Part shown: one piece after another, positions 1 through 9,744 of the stretch
Layout of the letters: each line of letters opens with the position of its first letter
How positions within the stretch are numbered: the first letter of the stretch is position 1
From: an uncultured Planctomycetales bacterium
Lineage (GTDB): Bacteria; Planctomycetota; Phycisphaerae; UBA1845; CAYMME01
Length of the DNA: 58,166 bases
Assembly (NCBI GenBank): GCA_964391465.1
Contig: CAYMME010000002.1
Span: forward strand, 1 to 58,166
Reading direction: 5' to 3'
Notes under the pieces: model-generated
Told to the model about the DNA's origin: nothing
Seen by the model: the letters and a program-made list of their open reading frames with translations, nothing else
The model's database searches: none
Position numbers and translations under genes: made by a program

Positions 1-50
1 CTCCCGGTGTCGGCAGCCGGGCGGCCGGGCGACAACCGCCAAAAAGCCCC

Positions 51-79
51 TTGCCACGAACAGGGAATTCGCGTATAAG
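51..79 (+). promoter_or_regulatory. candidate sigma70-type promoter for rpmI-rplT
   Basis: TTGCCA (51-56), a 17-nt spacer, then TATAAG (74-79), about 45 nt upstream of the rpmI ATG. Pattern match only. Confidence 0.4.
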
Positions 80-126
80 GGGGGGCTCCACAGCGAGTGG
101 ATCGTGTACCCTGCGGGATGGATTCG

Positions 127-321
127 ATGCCTAAGCAGAAGACGCATAAGGGTTTGAAGAAACGGCTGAAAGTCACCGGGAGCGGCAAGGTGACCCATAA
201 GCGGGCCAATGCCGGGCACCTGATGAGCGGCAAGAGCGCTAAACGCCGACGGCACCTCCGCGGTACGGCCACTCTCGGCCCCGCCGAGACCCGCCGAATC
301 AAGTCCGCCCTGGGTATTTAG
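127..321 (+). CDS. rpmI: 50S ribosomal protein L35
   Basis: MPKQKTHKGLKKRLKVTGSGKVTHKRANAGHLMSGKS... is a typical short basic L35. The ATG at 127 fits the family N-terminus better than the GTG at 97. rplT follows directly, as in the conserved cluster. Confidence 0.93.
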   Translation: MPKQKTHKGLKKRLKVTGSGKVTHKRANAGHLMSGKSAKRRRHLRGTATLGPAETRRIKSALGI

Positions 322-355
322 AGGTCGCGCCACCGAGAACCGGGAGCATTCCACC

Positions 356-721
356 ATGCCACGCGCGAGATTGGGCGCTGCCCGACACCGAAAGAAGAAA
401 CGCGTTTTCAAGGCCGCCAAGGGCTACTACGGCAGCCGGAGCAAGCTCTATCGGATGGCCAAGGAAGCGGTCGTCCGCGCCGGCTGCATGGCCTACCGTG
501 ATCGCCGAAACCGCAAACGCGATTTCCGCCGCCTGTGGATCATCCGCGTGACCGCCGCCTGCGAAGGCCGCGGCATCCGCTACGGCCAGTTCATGAACGC
601 ACTCAAGCAGGCGAACATCACGCTCAACCGCAAGATGCTCGCTGAAGTGGCCATCCACGACCCGGAAGGCTTCGACAAGATCGTCGAACTCACCGGTCTG
701 AAACCCGCGCAAGCAGCCTGA
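356..721 (+). CDS. rplT: 50S ribosomal protein L20
   Basis: MPRARLGAARHRKKKRVFKAAKGYYGSRSKLYRMAKEAV... matches the L20 family along its whole 121 aa. Confidence 0.96.
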   Translation: MPRARLGAARHRKKKRVFKAAKGYYGSRSKLYRMAKEAVVRAGCMAYRDRRNRKRDFRRLWIIRVTAACEGRGIRYGQFMNALKQANITLNRKMLAEVAIHDPEGFDKIVELTGLKPAQAA

Positions 722-749
722 TTGAACGGCGATGAGTGATCAGGGATAA

Positions 750-787
750 GAGATGAAGGATGGGTCGCGCGCGCCATCCCTCATCTC
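750..787. terminator. hairpin between convergent rplT and the MATE gene (possible bidirectional terminator)
   Basis: GAGATGAAGGATGG (750-763) pairs with CCATCCCTCATCTC (774-787), 13 of 14 bp, with a 10-nt GC loop. It lies in the 77-bp gap between two convergent stop codons. No clear T-run. Confidence 0.45.
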
Positions 788-798
788 TCCACACTCAA

Positions 799-2211
799 TC
801 ACACTCTCGTCTTCTCCCAGTTTCCTCGGGTGAAGCGCCACACCAGCAGCGTGGCCCGGAGGGTGAGATCACCACACATCCCGATCCATGCTCCGACGAG
901 CCCCCAGTCCAGCACGTGGCCGCAAAGATACGCCAGCGGCAGCCGCACGAACGTGATGCCGAGAAGCGTGAACAGCAGCGGGTACCGCGTGTCGCCAGCT
1001 CCACGGAGCGCGCCCACGTAGATGATGACCAGGGCCAGTGCAGGCTGGAAGAACGCCAGTAGCCGCAAGGCCGGCACGCCGATGGCCTCCACGTCGGTCA
1101 CAACGTCGGGGTTCTGCTCGTACAGTGTGAAGAGTTGGTAGAGCTGCGGGGCAAAGACGAAGTACATCACGCCGACCAGCACGATGAGGGCCGTGCCCTG
1201 GCGCGCCGCCTCGTGCCCGGCCCGCCGCGCCCGCTGCGGGTCGCGTGCACCGAGCCCCTGACCAACGAGCGTGGCGGCGGCAATTGACCACGCCATGGCG
1301 GGCAGGTAGGTCAGCGACTCGATGCGAATGCCTATGATATGGGCCGCGTAATTGAGCGTGGACTCCTCCGGCGATCCCATCCGCGTGATGATCATCATAA
1401 ACGCGTAGTGGCCGAACCACATGACCAGACCGTCCAGCAACGCGGGCACGCCGACGCGCAGGATGCGTCGCACCGTCGCGATATGCGGGTGCATGGCTGT
1501 GAGACGAAGACGCAAACCACTCCGGCCCGCGATCAGCACGCACAGGATCACCAATACACCCAGCAGCCGCGCAACAACCGTTCCGACCGCGATGCCCTTG
1601 AAGCCCCACGACTTGAGTGGTCCGGGGGCCAGGACCAACAGCGACGAGACGACGACATTGACCACGTTGGTCAGCCCGAGGACCAACATCGGGGTCACGG
1701 TGTCACCCGCACCGCGCAGGCACGCCGTCGCGGTCAGCGTCACGGCCGTGGCCAGGTGAGCGACCGACACGATCCGCAGGTAACTGGTGGTGACCGCGAG
1801 CGCTTCGCCGCGCAACCCCAGCACGGCCCCGAGCACGGGCGCGCACGCGTAAATGCCGACTGCGGCCATCGCGCCGAGGGCAAGCCCCAAGGAGATCGCC
1901 TGGTTCGTAGTACGCTGGGCGAGTTGCCGATCTCCCATGCCTACGGCCCGGGCCACCAGTGCCGTCGCCCCGGCCCCGACGAGCCCGAACACGATGATCA
2001 CCAGCCAGTCCACGTAGGATGCGAAGCCGACCGCCGACAGTTTCGTGGGCCAGATCGTTCCGGCCAGGAACATGTCGTACATGCCCACGAACGAGCTGAG
2101 CAGTTGCTCACCGAGCACGGGCAGCGCGAGCAGGAACACGGCCGATCGCACGCTGCCGTGCAACCACCGTGAGCCCCGCGTCCTGTCGCCATTCGATGGG
2201 GAGTCCGGCAC
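799..2211 (-). CDS. MATE family efflux transporter
   Basis: 470 aa and hydrophobic throughout. It carries duplicated half-repeat motifs, LRGAGDTVTPML and LRGAGDTRYPLL, typical of NorM/MATE proteins. Confidence 0.88.
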   Translation of the reverse strand: MPDSPSNGDRTRGSRWLHGSVRSAVFLLALPVLGEQLLSSFVGMYDMFLAGTIWPTKLSAVGFASYVDWLVIIVFGLVGAGATALVARAVGMGDRQLAQRTTNQAISLGLALGAMAAVGIYACAPVLGAVLGLRGEALAVTTSYLRIVSVAHLATAVTLTATACLRGAGDTVTPMLVLGLTNVVNVVVSSLLVLAPGPLKSWGFKGIAVGTVVARLLGVLVILCVLIAGRSGLRLRLTAMHPHIATVRRILRVGVPALLDGLVMWFGHYAFMMIITRMGSPEESTLNYAAHIIGIRIESLTYLPAMAWSIAAATLVGQGLGARDPQRARRAGHEAARQGTALIVLVGVMYFVFAPQLYQLFTLYEQNPDVVTDVEAIGVPALRLLAFFQPALALVIIYVGALRGAGDTRYPLLFTLLGITFVRLPLAYLCGHVLDWGLVGAWIGMCGDLTLRATLLVWRFTRGNWEKTRV

Positions 2212-2340
2212 GAACCGTCTCGATTCCGAGTGCGGGTGAGTCGACTACACCGGCATTGTACGCAACCGAGACGGCTCGTGCGAAGCGCCCGCTCAAGCCA
2301 CCAGCGCATGTCGAGATCCGCATGCATTGTGCGGCCAAAG

Positions 2341-2369
2341 CACTGGCAGGCAAGCTGCCAGTGGCACCC
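2341..2369. repeat. REP family 1, solo half-unit
   Basis: CACTGGCAGGCAAGCTGCCAGTGGCACCC has an internal 9-bp hairpin. It is the same arm found at 8909-8937, 12493-12521, 31056-31084, 44311-44339 and 45538-45566. Confidence 0.8.
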
Positions 2370-2383
2370 GGCACCCGCCAAGG

Positions 2384-4192
2384 CTACCGGCTCGGTTGCG
2401 TCGCCGTCGGCTTGGGCACATTCCAGATCGTGCCGGCCACGTGCGTGACGCCGTCGTCGGTGTTGATGTAGTAGATCGTGAACACCTCGCCGGGCTCGGT
2501 TTCCACGCTGATGGGATAGCCGTTGTCGCTACCGGGGTCGTTTCCGTCGCTGCGGATGACGAGCACGTTGTCGGTATCCCAGGTGCGGCCGCCGTCGGCG
2601 CTGAGCACGGCGCGGACGCCGATGGCTCCGCGGCGATAGCCGTAGCTGCAGAGAATACGGCCGTCGTCGAGCCGAAGCAGATGGGCGGGATAGCCCCAGA
2701 TCTCGGTCCGGTGAGGCGGCGACCAGGTGATGCCGCCGTCGTCGCTGACCGACTGGTAGAGGTGCCCGCCCGCGGAAGGCTCGGACCGCATCATGGCGAT
2801 GACCTGACCGTCACCGTTCTCTACGAGCGCCGTCTCGTTGAGGGTGACTCTGCCGGCCGGGTCGGCGGCCAAGGGCAGGAACCACCAGGTCTTCCCGTCG
2901 TCATCGGAGCGCAGGACGAAGGTCCGGCCCGTCTTGTCACCGTGAAGCCGTCCGTACACGGCCACCAGACGTACGCCGGACCGGAGCGCGCACCGCGCTC
3001 CGGAGTTGTAGCCCATCAGGGATCGGTGGCCCGGCAGATCGAGTTGTCGCTTCTCCCAGGTCTTGCCGCCGTCGACACTTCGACGGGCGTAGGCACCTTG
3101 AAGATACGCCACAACGCCGGGGCGGACCTGGCGAACGGTGATGTCCCGTTCCTCGAACTCGCTTCGGCGCGACTCCGGCACGTGACGCCAACTGTTGGCC
3201 CCGGCGAGGGCCAGGGAGCCGTCCTTGCACCGCAGCGACGGATCGACGGCCCGGAATCCGTTGGGCGGTTGTTCCCAGGTCCGCCCCTTGTCCCTGGAGA
3301 TACGGGTTGCACTGCCCCCGGTGGGATCGATGTGGGAGCGCCGCGTACGGGTCCCGAAACCCGTGACCAGCGTGCCATCCTCCGTCTCCCGCAACGAGGG
3401 GAAGCACGCATAGACATCCGCTTCCTTGTAGATGACTACGTCACGGGCACCGGCAACGCACGGGGGCGGATTCAGTCGGCCATAGGACGCATAGCGAACG
3501 AAGTCCCATAGAGCCTCGGATTGGGCAGCGCTGCTGATCGATCCGAACGAGACGCAGTTCCGCGAGCTGTGGGCCGGGTGAGTGTGGCGACCTGTGCCGT
3601 CGATGACCGATTTTCCGTCCACCCAGAGATGAAAGTCGTCCCGCCGCACCGCGATGCGGTATACGTGGTAGTCGTCCGTGGTTTGCATCTTGTGCGTGAT
3701 CCCCAACGATTCGACGGCGACACGATCCGGGTAGAGCGTCAGCCCAACCTCGTGTTCGCCGTCGGCCACGAGGATGCAGATCCCCGACCGGCCGTCGTTG
3801 GCGATGACCTTGACGCGGGCTTCGACGAGGCCGCCCGCCGACGGGTCGACTCGCCACGACCGGCGGTAGCAATGCAGTTCGCCGCTGCGTTTCCCGGAAT
3901 CCACGATGCGCAGGACGCCCTGCTCGACCGTGCGTTCGGTGTTGGGTTTCAGGCTGGGGACCCAACGAGGAACGGCCTTATCGGGCACCGCGTCGGCGGT
4001 ATATTCGCAAAACCACGTCGTGGGCGGCGGAGGCGACCACTTTCCATCGGCGGCCATGCCGAAGCGACCCGGTGCGGCCAGGAAGACCGTGCCCGTCACG
4101 AGCAGAGCGGCCGGGCGAAGGAAGGATCGGGATAGATGGCTGTCGGTCGGCGTTCGCATGGGTCTATGTTCCGGTAGAGCCATTGAGTGCAT
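2384..4192 (-). CDS. BNR/Asp-box repeat protein (sialidase-like beta-propeller) with an N-terminal lectin-like domain
   Basis: Five Asp-box motifs are present: SRDKGRTWE, SVDGGKTWE, SDDDGKTWW, SDDGGITWS, SADGGRTWD. The N-terminus is signal-like (LLVTGTVFLAAP). The exact start is uncertain because there are several in-frame Met codons. Confidence 0.85.
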   Translation of the reverse strand: MHSMALPEHRPMRTPTDSHLSRSFLRPAALLVTGTVFLAAPGRFGMAADGKWSPPPPTTWFCEYTADAVPDKAVPRWVPSLKPNTERTVEQGVLRIVDSGKRSGELHCYRRSWRVDPSAGGLVEARVKVIANDGRSGICILVADGEHEVGLTLYPDRVAVESLGITHKMQTTDDYHVYRIAVRRDDFHLWVDGKSVIDGTGRHTHPAHSSRNCVSFGSISSAAQSEALWDFVRYASYGRLNPPPCVAGARDVVIYKEADVYACFPSLRETEDGTLVTGFGTRTRRSHIDPTGGSATRISRDKGRTWEQPPNGFRAVDPSLRCKDGSLALAGANSWRHVPESRRSEFEERDITVRQVRPGVVAYLQGAYARRSVDGGKTWEKRQLDLPGHRSLMGYNSGARCALRSGVRLVAVYGRLHGDKTGRTFVLRSDDDGKTWWFLPLAADPAGRVTLNETALVENGDGQVIAMMRSEPSAGGHLYQSVSDDGGITWSPPHRTEIWGYPAHLLRLDDGRILCSYGYRRGAIGVRAVLSADGGRTWDTDNVLVIRSDGNDPGSDNGYPISVETEPGEVFTIYYINTDDGVTHVAGTIWNVPKPTATQPSR

Positions 4193-4447
4193 TCCTCGGA
4201 TTGTGGTCGACGTGGCCTTCGGAACCGCTTGCCCTCCTCAGCGAGATCAGAGTGGACGACACCGATGCCGTCAACTTATCTGAGATAATCGGAGGTAAAT
4301 CTCTTCATTGCACACGTCAGCCTGCATCGCGCGGGCTAGACCTGCCTCGAACGCGGCGATACGATGCACTTGCTGCGTGGCGGCGCGACCCGCGCGTCGC
4401 TTCCTCTTGATATCTGTCACTCCTTGCGTAGAGAGGCTGACGGGAAC

Positions 4448-7400
4448 ATGCGAATAGAGGCCCGAAATATCATTCCAGCGGTATTGTCGGCTCTGGTTGT
4501 GAGCCTCACATGGGTCGGCTGGCCGGCCGGCTTGTACGGACAGAACTTCGTCGTCGACAAGCCGCTGACCGCGTACGTGCCGCCGGACAAGACAATGACG
4601 CCGGCGGAGGCCGTCGCCGACTTCAAGCTGCCCGACGATCTGGCCATTGGGCTTGTGGCCCGCGAGCCGCAAACGATCGACCCGGTGGGCATCGTGTTCG
4701 ACGAGGATCTCAGGCTGTACGTAGTCGAAATGGGCACGTACCCCGCGGGGTCCGACGGAGACGAGAAGCAGGGGCGGGTCCGTCTGCTCGAGGATCGCGA
4801 CGGGGACGGGCTCTACGAAACGAGCACGATCTTCGCCGACAAGCTCGGCTACCCGACCAACGCGATCCCCTGGGACGGCGGGCTGTACGTGTCCAGTGCC
4901 CCGCACATCTGGTACTTCAAGGACACCGACGGCGACAACCGGGCCGACGTGCGCCGCGTGGTGTTCGAGGGCTTCGGTGTGTGGAACCCGCAGCACGAGG
5001 TCAACGGCCTGCAATGGGGACTCGACAACTGGATCTACTGCTCGAACGGTGACAGCCACGGCACGGTGACCTCGCCGAAGTTCCCGGGCAAGAAAGTGCC
5101 GATTCGCGGGCGCGACTTCCGCTTCCGGCCGGGAACGGAAGAGTTCGAAGCCATCTCGGGGTACGGGCAATTCGGCGTCGCCTTCGACAATTGGGGCCGG
5201 CGATTCCTGTGCAGCAACCGTCTGATCATCCACGAGATGGTCCTGCCGAGCCGGTACGTGAGGCGGAACCCTTATCTGGTGGTTCGTTCACCACACGTCA
5301 ACGTGTGCGAACACGGGGACGCCCCGCGCGTCTATCCAACCAGCGAGCAGACGCCGAGATGGATCGACCTGACGCACCTCGGCTACATCACGGCCGCCGG
5401 GGGGGTCTTCGTCTACCGCGGGAACCTGCTGCCGCCGGCGTATCACGGGAACGCCTTCGTGACCGAGTCGGTGGCGAACCTGGTCGTTCGTCTCGTGCTG
5501 AGGAACACCGATCGCCCGGTGGTCTCGGCGCGGCGGGCCCGACCGGAAGTCGAGTTCCTGACCTCGACCGACCCGTGGTGCCGGTTGGTGTCCTTCGCCG
5601 ACGGGCCTGACGGCGCCCTCTACGTCAACGACATGTACCGCCAGTTCATCGAGCACACCGAGTGGATCCCCGACGAACTGGAGAAGGTCATCAACGTTCA
5701 GGCCGGCAACCACCTCGGCCGGATCTACCGCGTCTTTCCGAAGGGCTGGACGTACAAGCCCCCACCGCGACTGGGCGGCGCAAGCACCGCCGAGCTCGTT
5801 CAGGCCCTCGCCGACCCCAACGGATGGCGTCGGACCACCGCACAGCGTCTGCTCGTGACCCGCAAGGATACAAGCGCCGTCCCGGCCCTGCGGGAACTGG
5901 CGGCGGCGTGCAGACTCCCGCAGGGACGCGTACACGCACTGTGGACACTGCACGCGTTGGGCGGCCTCGACGCACCGACGATCGAACGTGCTCTCGACGA
6001 CCCGCACCCGCGGGCGAGAGAGAACGCGGTCCGGCTGGCCGAGACCGTGTTCGGCACGTCGAAGGTCGCTCGCGACAAGGTGCTCGCGTTGGCCGACCAC
6101 GCAGACTCCCGGCTGCGGTTTCAGGTGGCGTTCTCGCTCGGTGAGATGGACGATCCGCGGGCGGTGCAAGCCCTGGCGGGCATCGCGAATCGCGACGGGG
6201 ACGATCGGTGGGTGCGCACCGCCGTGCTCAGCTCGGTCGCGAATCGGACCGCACAACTGCTCACCGAACTCGCGACAAAAGACGCCTCACTGCTGAAGGG
6301 GTCCACGCCCGCGGGCCGCATCTGGGTGGCCGAGTTCGCCCGGATGATCGGCACCCGACAGAGCGACGACGAGATCGCAACGCTGCTTCGACTGTGTGAG
6401 GGACGCGGCTCGGGACCTTCGTGGTGGCGAATGATCGGGCTGGAGAACCTGGCCAAGGGGCTCGCTCAGGGCAAGGCGGAGAAGATCCGACTGCCCGCCG
6501 CTCAGCCGCGAGTACTGAAGCTGCTCAGTGACGCAACCGTCGAAGTGCAACGCGCGGGGCAACGCATCGCCTCCTTCCTCGATATGACCCCCTCGCCGGA
6601 GCAGGCGGCTATCGTCAAGCGCGCCGTCAAGTCAGCCCTCGACGACAAACAGCCTTTGACCGAGCGCGTCCAGGCCGTGGAAATGCTCGCCTACGGGCAG
6701 TTGGACGAAGTCCTCGACCCATTCGAGTCACTGCTTGGAGCGCAGCAACCGCGGCGGTTGCAGGCGGCGGCGGTGTCGGCTCTGGCGAGGTTCCGCGACG
6801 AGGAGGCGGGGCTGTTCCTGGTCGACATGTGGCGCGGCCTGGGTCCGGCCGTGCAGAAGCAAGCCCTGGACATCCTGTTGCGCCGCACCGAGTGGGTTCC
6901 CCTGTTACTCGACGCAGTAGAGGAGGAGGTCGTGCCGGTGTTCGCATTCGACGCCATGCGGCGCGATCAACTGTTGCGTCACCCGAACGAGAAGCTGCGG
7001 ACCCGCGCGGAAGCACTATTCAAGACACCCACATCAACGGACACGGCAGAGGCCCTCGCCGCACTGAAGCCCGCACTCGAACTTGAAGGGCACACGAAAC
7101 ACGGAGGCGAGCTCTTTGTCGAGCTCTGCGCAACATGTCACAAGGTTGGCGACGTGGGCCAGCAGGTGGGACCGGATCTGACGAGCGTCATCGGACGTTC
7201 GAAGGACGCACTGCTCGTTGACATCCTTGCCCCCAATGCCGCTACCGCGCCGGGCTACATGAACTACCTGGTCGAGACGACGCGAGGCGAGGTGATCTCG
7301 GGCATCATCATGGCCGAAACCGCAAACAGCGTCACGCTGGCCAAGTCCGACGGTTCGGTGGAGGTGATGCTCCGGCAGAACATCGAGGCGATGAGTTCGT

Positions 7401-8284
7401 CGATGCTCTCGCTCATGCCGGAGGACCTCGGCGAAGGGCTGAAGCCGCAGGACATGGCCGATTTGCTGGCCTACATGAAGGCGCTGCCGTCGACGAAGCG
7501 TGCGGTCGGGTATTGGCGCCTCGATCACGACGGAGCGGACTCGGCGGGAGCGGTACCCGACGCGGCCGTCGTGGGCGACGGACGCGGCAACGCACCGGCG
7601 TTCGTCGACGACGTGCCCTCGCCCTGGATTCTCGACCCGCTCACCACGGTGACCCGCCAGAACGACGGCGCCGTGCGCTGCGACGGAGAGGACGACTACC
7701 TGCGTCTCGGCGCGGGCGACAGCACGGATCTCGACAGCGAGAAGGCTACGACGGCCCAGACACTCGAGGCTTTCGTGCGATTGGACGCACCGGTCAACGG
7801 CGACGATCGCACCGGGCTGCTCGTCGGCAAGTGGAACCAGACGTCGGACGGCGGCGATCATATGGCGCTGTTCGTGAACGGCAGCGGTACGATTCAGTGT
7901 GATGCACAGTCGTCGGTCGGCAAGTTCGATGCGACACACAACTCGGGCCGCGGCGGCAACCTGAACGATCGACGCTGGCATCATGTCGCAGCCGTCTACT
8001 CGTACGACGAGTCGACCGGCAAGGCGACGGTCACCGTGTACCAGGACTACAAACCGGTGAGTACGAAAACGTACGAGGTCAAGGGGCCGTTGCGGCGTGC
8101 GGCGATCTCGTACCAACTCGGCGGCGAAGGCGACGCGAAGCCGGAGGGGTTCCGATTCGTCAAGGCGACGTTCGATGAAGTGCGCATTTGCGATTCAGCG
8201 TTGACGGCGGAGGAGTTCCTTCGGGCCGGCGAACCGCCGTCGTCACGGCCGGCCACGACAATGCCGACGGCCGCGTCCCAGTAG
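4448..8284 (+). CDS. PVC-type heme-binding CxxCH protein (dehydrogenase-like propeller, HEAT repeats, cytochrome c, C-terminal LamG-like domain)
   Basis: CATCHKVGDVG is a heme-binding site. HEAT-like repeats are visible (DPHPRARENAVRLA, DSRLRFQVAFSLGEMDDPRAV). The C-terminal part (LVGKWNQTSDGGDHMALFVNGSG...RWHHVAAVY...FDEVRICDSALTAEEF) looks like a concanavalin/LamG fold. The start at MRIEARNIIPAVLSALVV (4448) gives a signal peptide, whereas the ORF-track start is 4364. Confidence 0.85.
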   Translation: MRIEARNIIPAVLSALVVSLTWVGWPAGLYGQNFVVDKPLTAYVPPDKTMTPAEAVADFKLPDDLAIGLVAREPQTIDPVGIVFDEDLRLYVVEMGTYPAGSDGDEKQGRVRLLEDRDGDGLYETSTIFADKLGYPTNAIPWDGGLYVSSAPHIWYFKDTDGDNRADVRRVVFEGFGVWNPQHEVNGLQWGLDNWIYCSNGDSHGTVTSPKFPGKKVPIRGRDFRFRPGTEEFEAISGYGQFGVAFDNWGRRFLCSNRLIIHEMVLPSRYVRRNPYLVVRSPHVNVCEHGDAPRVYPTSEQTPRWIDLTHLGYITAAGGVFVYRGNLLPPAYHGNAFVTESVANLVVRLVLRNTDRPVVSARRARPEVEFLTSTDPWCRLVSFADGPDGALYVNDMYRQFIEHTEWIPDELEKVINVQAGNHLGRIYRVFPKGWTYKPPPRLGGASTAELVQALADPNGWRRTTAQRLLVTRKDTSAVPALRELAAACRLPQGRVHALWTLHALGGLDAPTIERALDDPHPRARENAVRLAETVFGTSKVARDKVLALADHADSRLRFQVAFSLGEMDDPRAVQALAGIANRDGDDRWVRTAVLSSVANRTAQLLTELATKDASLLKGSTPAGRIWVAEFARMIGTRQSDDEIATLLRLCEGRGSGPSWWRMIGLENLAKGLAQGKAEKIRLPAAQPRVLKLLSDATVEVQRAGQRIASFLDMTPSPEQAAIVKRAVKSALDDKQPLTERVQAVEMLAYGQLDEVLDPFESLLGAQQPRRLQAAAVSALARFRDEEAGLFLVDMWRGLGPAVQKQALDILLRRTEWVPLLLDAVEEEVVPVFAFDAMRRDQLLRHPNEKLRTRAEALFKTPTSTDTAEALAALKPALELEGHTKHGGELFVELCATCHKVGDVGQQVGPDLTSVIGRSKDALLVDILAPNAATAPGYMNYLVETTRGEVISGIIMAETANSVTLAKSDGSVEVMLRQNIEAMSSSMLSLMPEDLGEGLKPQDMADLLAYMKALPSTKRAVGYWRLDHDGADSAGAVPDAAVVGDGRGNAPAFVDDVPSPWILDPLTTVTRQNDGAVRCDGEDDYLRLGAGDSTDLDSEKATTAQTLEAFVRLDAPVNGDDRTGLLVGKWNQTSDGGDHMALFVNGSGTIQCDAQSSVGKFDATHNSGRGGNLNDRRWHHVAAVYSYDESTGKATVTVYQDYKPVSTKTYEVKGPLRRAAISYQLGGEGDAKPEGFRFVKATFDEVRICDSALTAEEFLRAGEPPSSRPATTMPTAASQ

Positions 8285-8388
8285 TACGCCGCCTCGCTCG
8301 GATGGCTGTCCCGCAAGGTCTGACGCGGAGCGCCGGCAGTAACCCTGTGCACTGACGACCTACACGCGAGAAGTGGAGGTACTGGTCC

Positions 8389-8832
8389 ATGCCGGAGGCA
8401 ATCGGGCAATTGTGGTGGGCGTACTTGCTCCTGGGTCTGGTGTGCGGCATCTTCGGGGCTACGTTCGGCGTCGGCAGTGGGATCATTCTGATCCCGGTGC
8501 TGGTCCTGTTCTTCAGTTTCGGCCAGAAATCGGCGCAGGGCGTCTGCCTCGCCGTGATGGTGCCGATGGCGTTGGTGTCGGCGATTCGCTACAAGATGAA
8601 CCCGGACATCCCCTTCTACCCGACAGCAGCCGTGTTGCTCGCTTGCGGGGCGGTGGTCGGAGCGTACCTCGGGGCCGCGATCGCGGGGTGGGCGTCGGGG
8701 GCGGTGCTGCGCAAGCTGTTCGCGGTGGTCATGATGGTGGCGGCGGTGCGGTTGTTCTTCTCGTCGCCGGGCGGCGACGCACCCAAGCCACCGGCGTCGC
8801 CACCAAGTGCGGAGGCCACCGAGTCGACATGA
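8389..8832 (+). CDS. TauE/SafE (DUF81) family membrane protein, half-size
   Basis: 147 aa with 4 predicted TM segments and glycine-rich helices (GATFGVGSGIILIPVLV, GAVVGAYLGAAIA), as in sulfite-exporter TauE/SafE proteins. GGAGG lies upstream of the ATG. Confidence 0.75.
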   Translation: MPEAIGQLWWAYLLLGLVCGIFGATFGVGSGIILIPVLVLFFSFGQKSAQGVCLAVMVPMALVSAIRYKMNPDIPFYPTAAVLLACGAVVGAYLGAAIAGWASGAVLRKLFAVVMMVAAVRLFFSSPGGDAPKPPASPPSAEATEST

Positions 8833-8865
8833 TGGCCGAGAGCCTATCCAAGTAGGCGTTGCTTC

Positions 8866-8937
8866 GGGTGCCACGGGCAGCTTGCCTGCCAGTGCCTTTG
8901 CCGCAGAACACGGGCAGGCAAGCTGCCCGTGGCACCC
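8866..8937. repeat. REP family 1, complete 72-bp palindromic unit
   Basis: GGGTGCCACGGGCAGCTTGCCTGCC (8866-8890) is the exact reverse complement of GGCAGGCAAGCTGCCCGTGGCACCC (8913-8937). It sits between the TauE-like stop and the ThiF-like start. Confidence 0.9.
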
Positions 8938-8955
8938 TGCTGAGACAGACTCGCA

Positions 8956-9732
8956 GTGGAGGCATTGGTTGTGTCGTCATCGCTGACGCCGGAAGAGCAG
9001 GCGGTCTACGAATGGCAGATCTGGGTGCGCGACTTCGGCGAGGCCGGGCAGCGCAAGCTCAAGTCGGCGTCGGCGCTGGTGTCGCGCACCGGCGGGCTCG
9101 GCGGCCCGCTCGCCCTCGAGCTGGCCATGGCCGGCATCGGCCGGCTCGTGCTCGCCCACGGCGGCAACGTCAAACCCAGTGACCTGAACCGACAGGTGCT
9201 GATGACCCACGACTGGCTGGGCAAGCCGCGGGTCGAGTGCGCCGCGCGGCGACTGCGCGAGATCAACCCGAGGCTCGAAGTCGTCACCGTGCCCGAGAAC
9301 GTCAGCGAGGAGAACGCGGCCGGACTCGTCGAGCAGGTCGACATCGTCTTCGACTGCGCCCCGCTGTTCGAGGAGCGGTTCGCCATGAACCGCCAGTGCG
9401 TACAGCAGAACAAGCCGATGATCGAGTGCGCGATGTACGGCATGGAGGGGCAGGTCACGACGATCATCCCCGGCGAGACACCGTGCCTGGCGTGCATCTG
9501 TCCCGAGAAGCCCGACACCTGGAAGCGCCAGTTCCCCGTGTTCGGCGCGGTGTCGGGCCTGGCCGGTTGCGTGGGTGCGCTCGAGGGCATCAAGCTGCTG
9601 GCCGGGTTCGGCGAGTTGCTGACCGGAACGATACTGTATTACGACACGCAGTCGATGCGATTCCAGCGGCTGCGAGTGCCGCGGCGCCGGGATTGTCCCG
9701 TCTGCGGCCACCTCCCAACGGACGACGAATAG
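8956..9732 (+). CDS. ThiF/MoeB/HesA family E1-like adenylyltransferase
   Basis: The N-terminus LTPEEQAVYEWQIWV..FGEAGQRKL is family-typical. There is a nucleotide-binding loop RTGGLGGPLALELAMAG, and CLAC plus CPVC zinc motifs. GTG start at 8956, with an alternative GTG at 8971. Confidence 0.85.
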   Translation: MEALVVSSSLTPEEQAVYEWQIWVRDFGEAGQRKLKSASALVSRTGGLGGPLALELAMAGIGRLVLAHGGNVKPSDLNRQVLMTHDWLGKPRVECAARRLREINPRLEVVTVPENVSEENAAGLVEQVDIVFDCAPLFEERFAMNRQCVQQNKPMIECAMYGMEGQVTTIIPGETPCLACICPEKPDTWKRQFPVFGAVSGLAGCVGALEGIKLLAGFGELLTGTILYYDTQSMRFQRLRVPRRRDCPVCGHLPTDDE

Positions 9733-9744
9733 TCGAGGCGTACA

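Noticed and set aside
8285-8388. Moco or other riboswitch upstream of the TauE/ThiF/mod genes. I also looked for a cobalamin riboswitch near the URO-D genes.
   Set aside because: I could not recognise the conserved cores of these riboswitch classes by eye. An Rfam/Infernal scan would be needed, so no claim is made.
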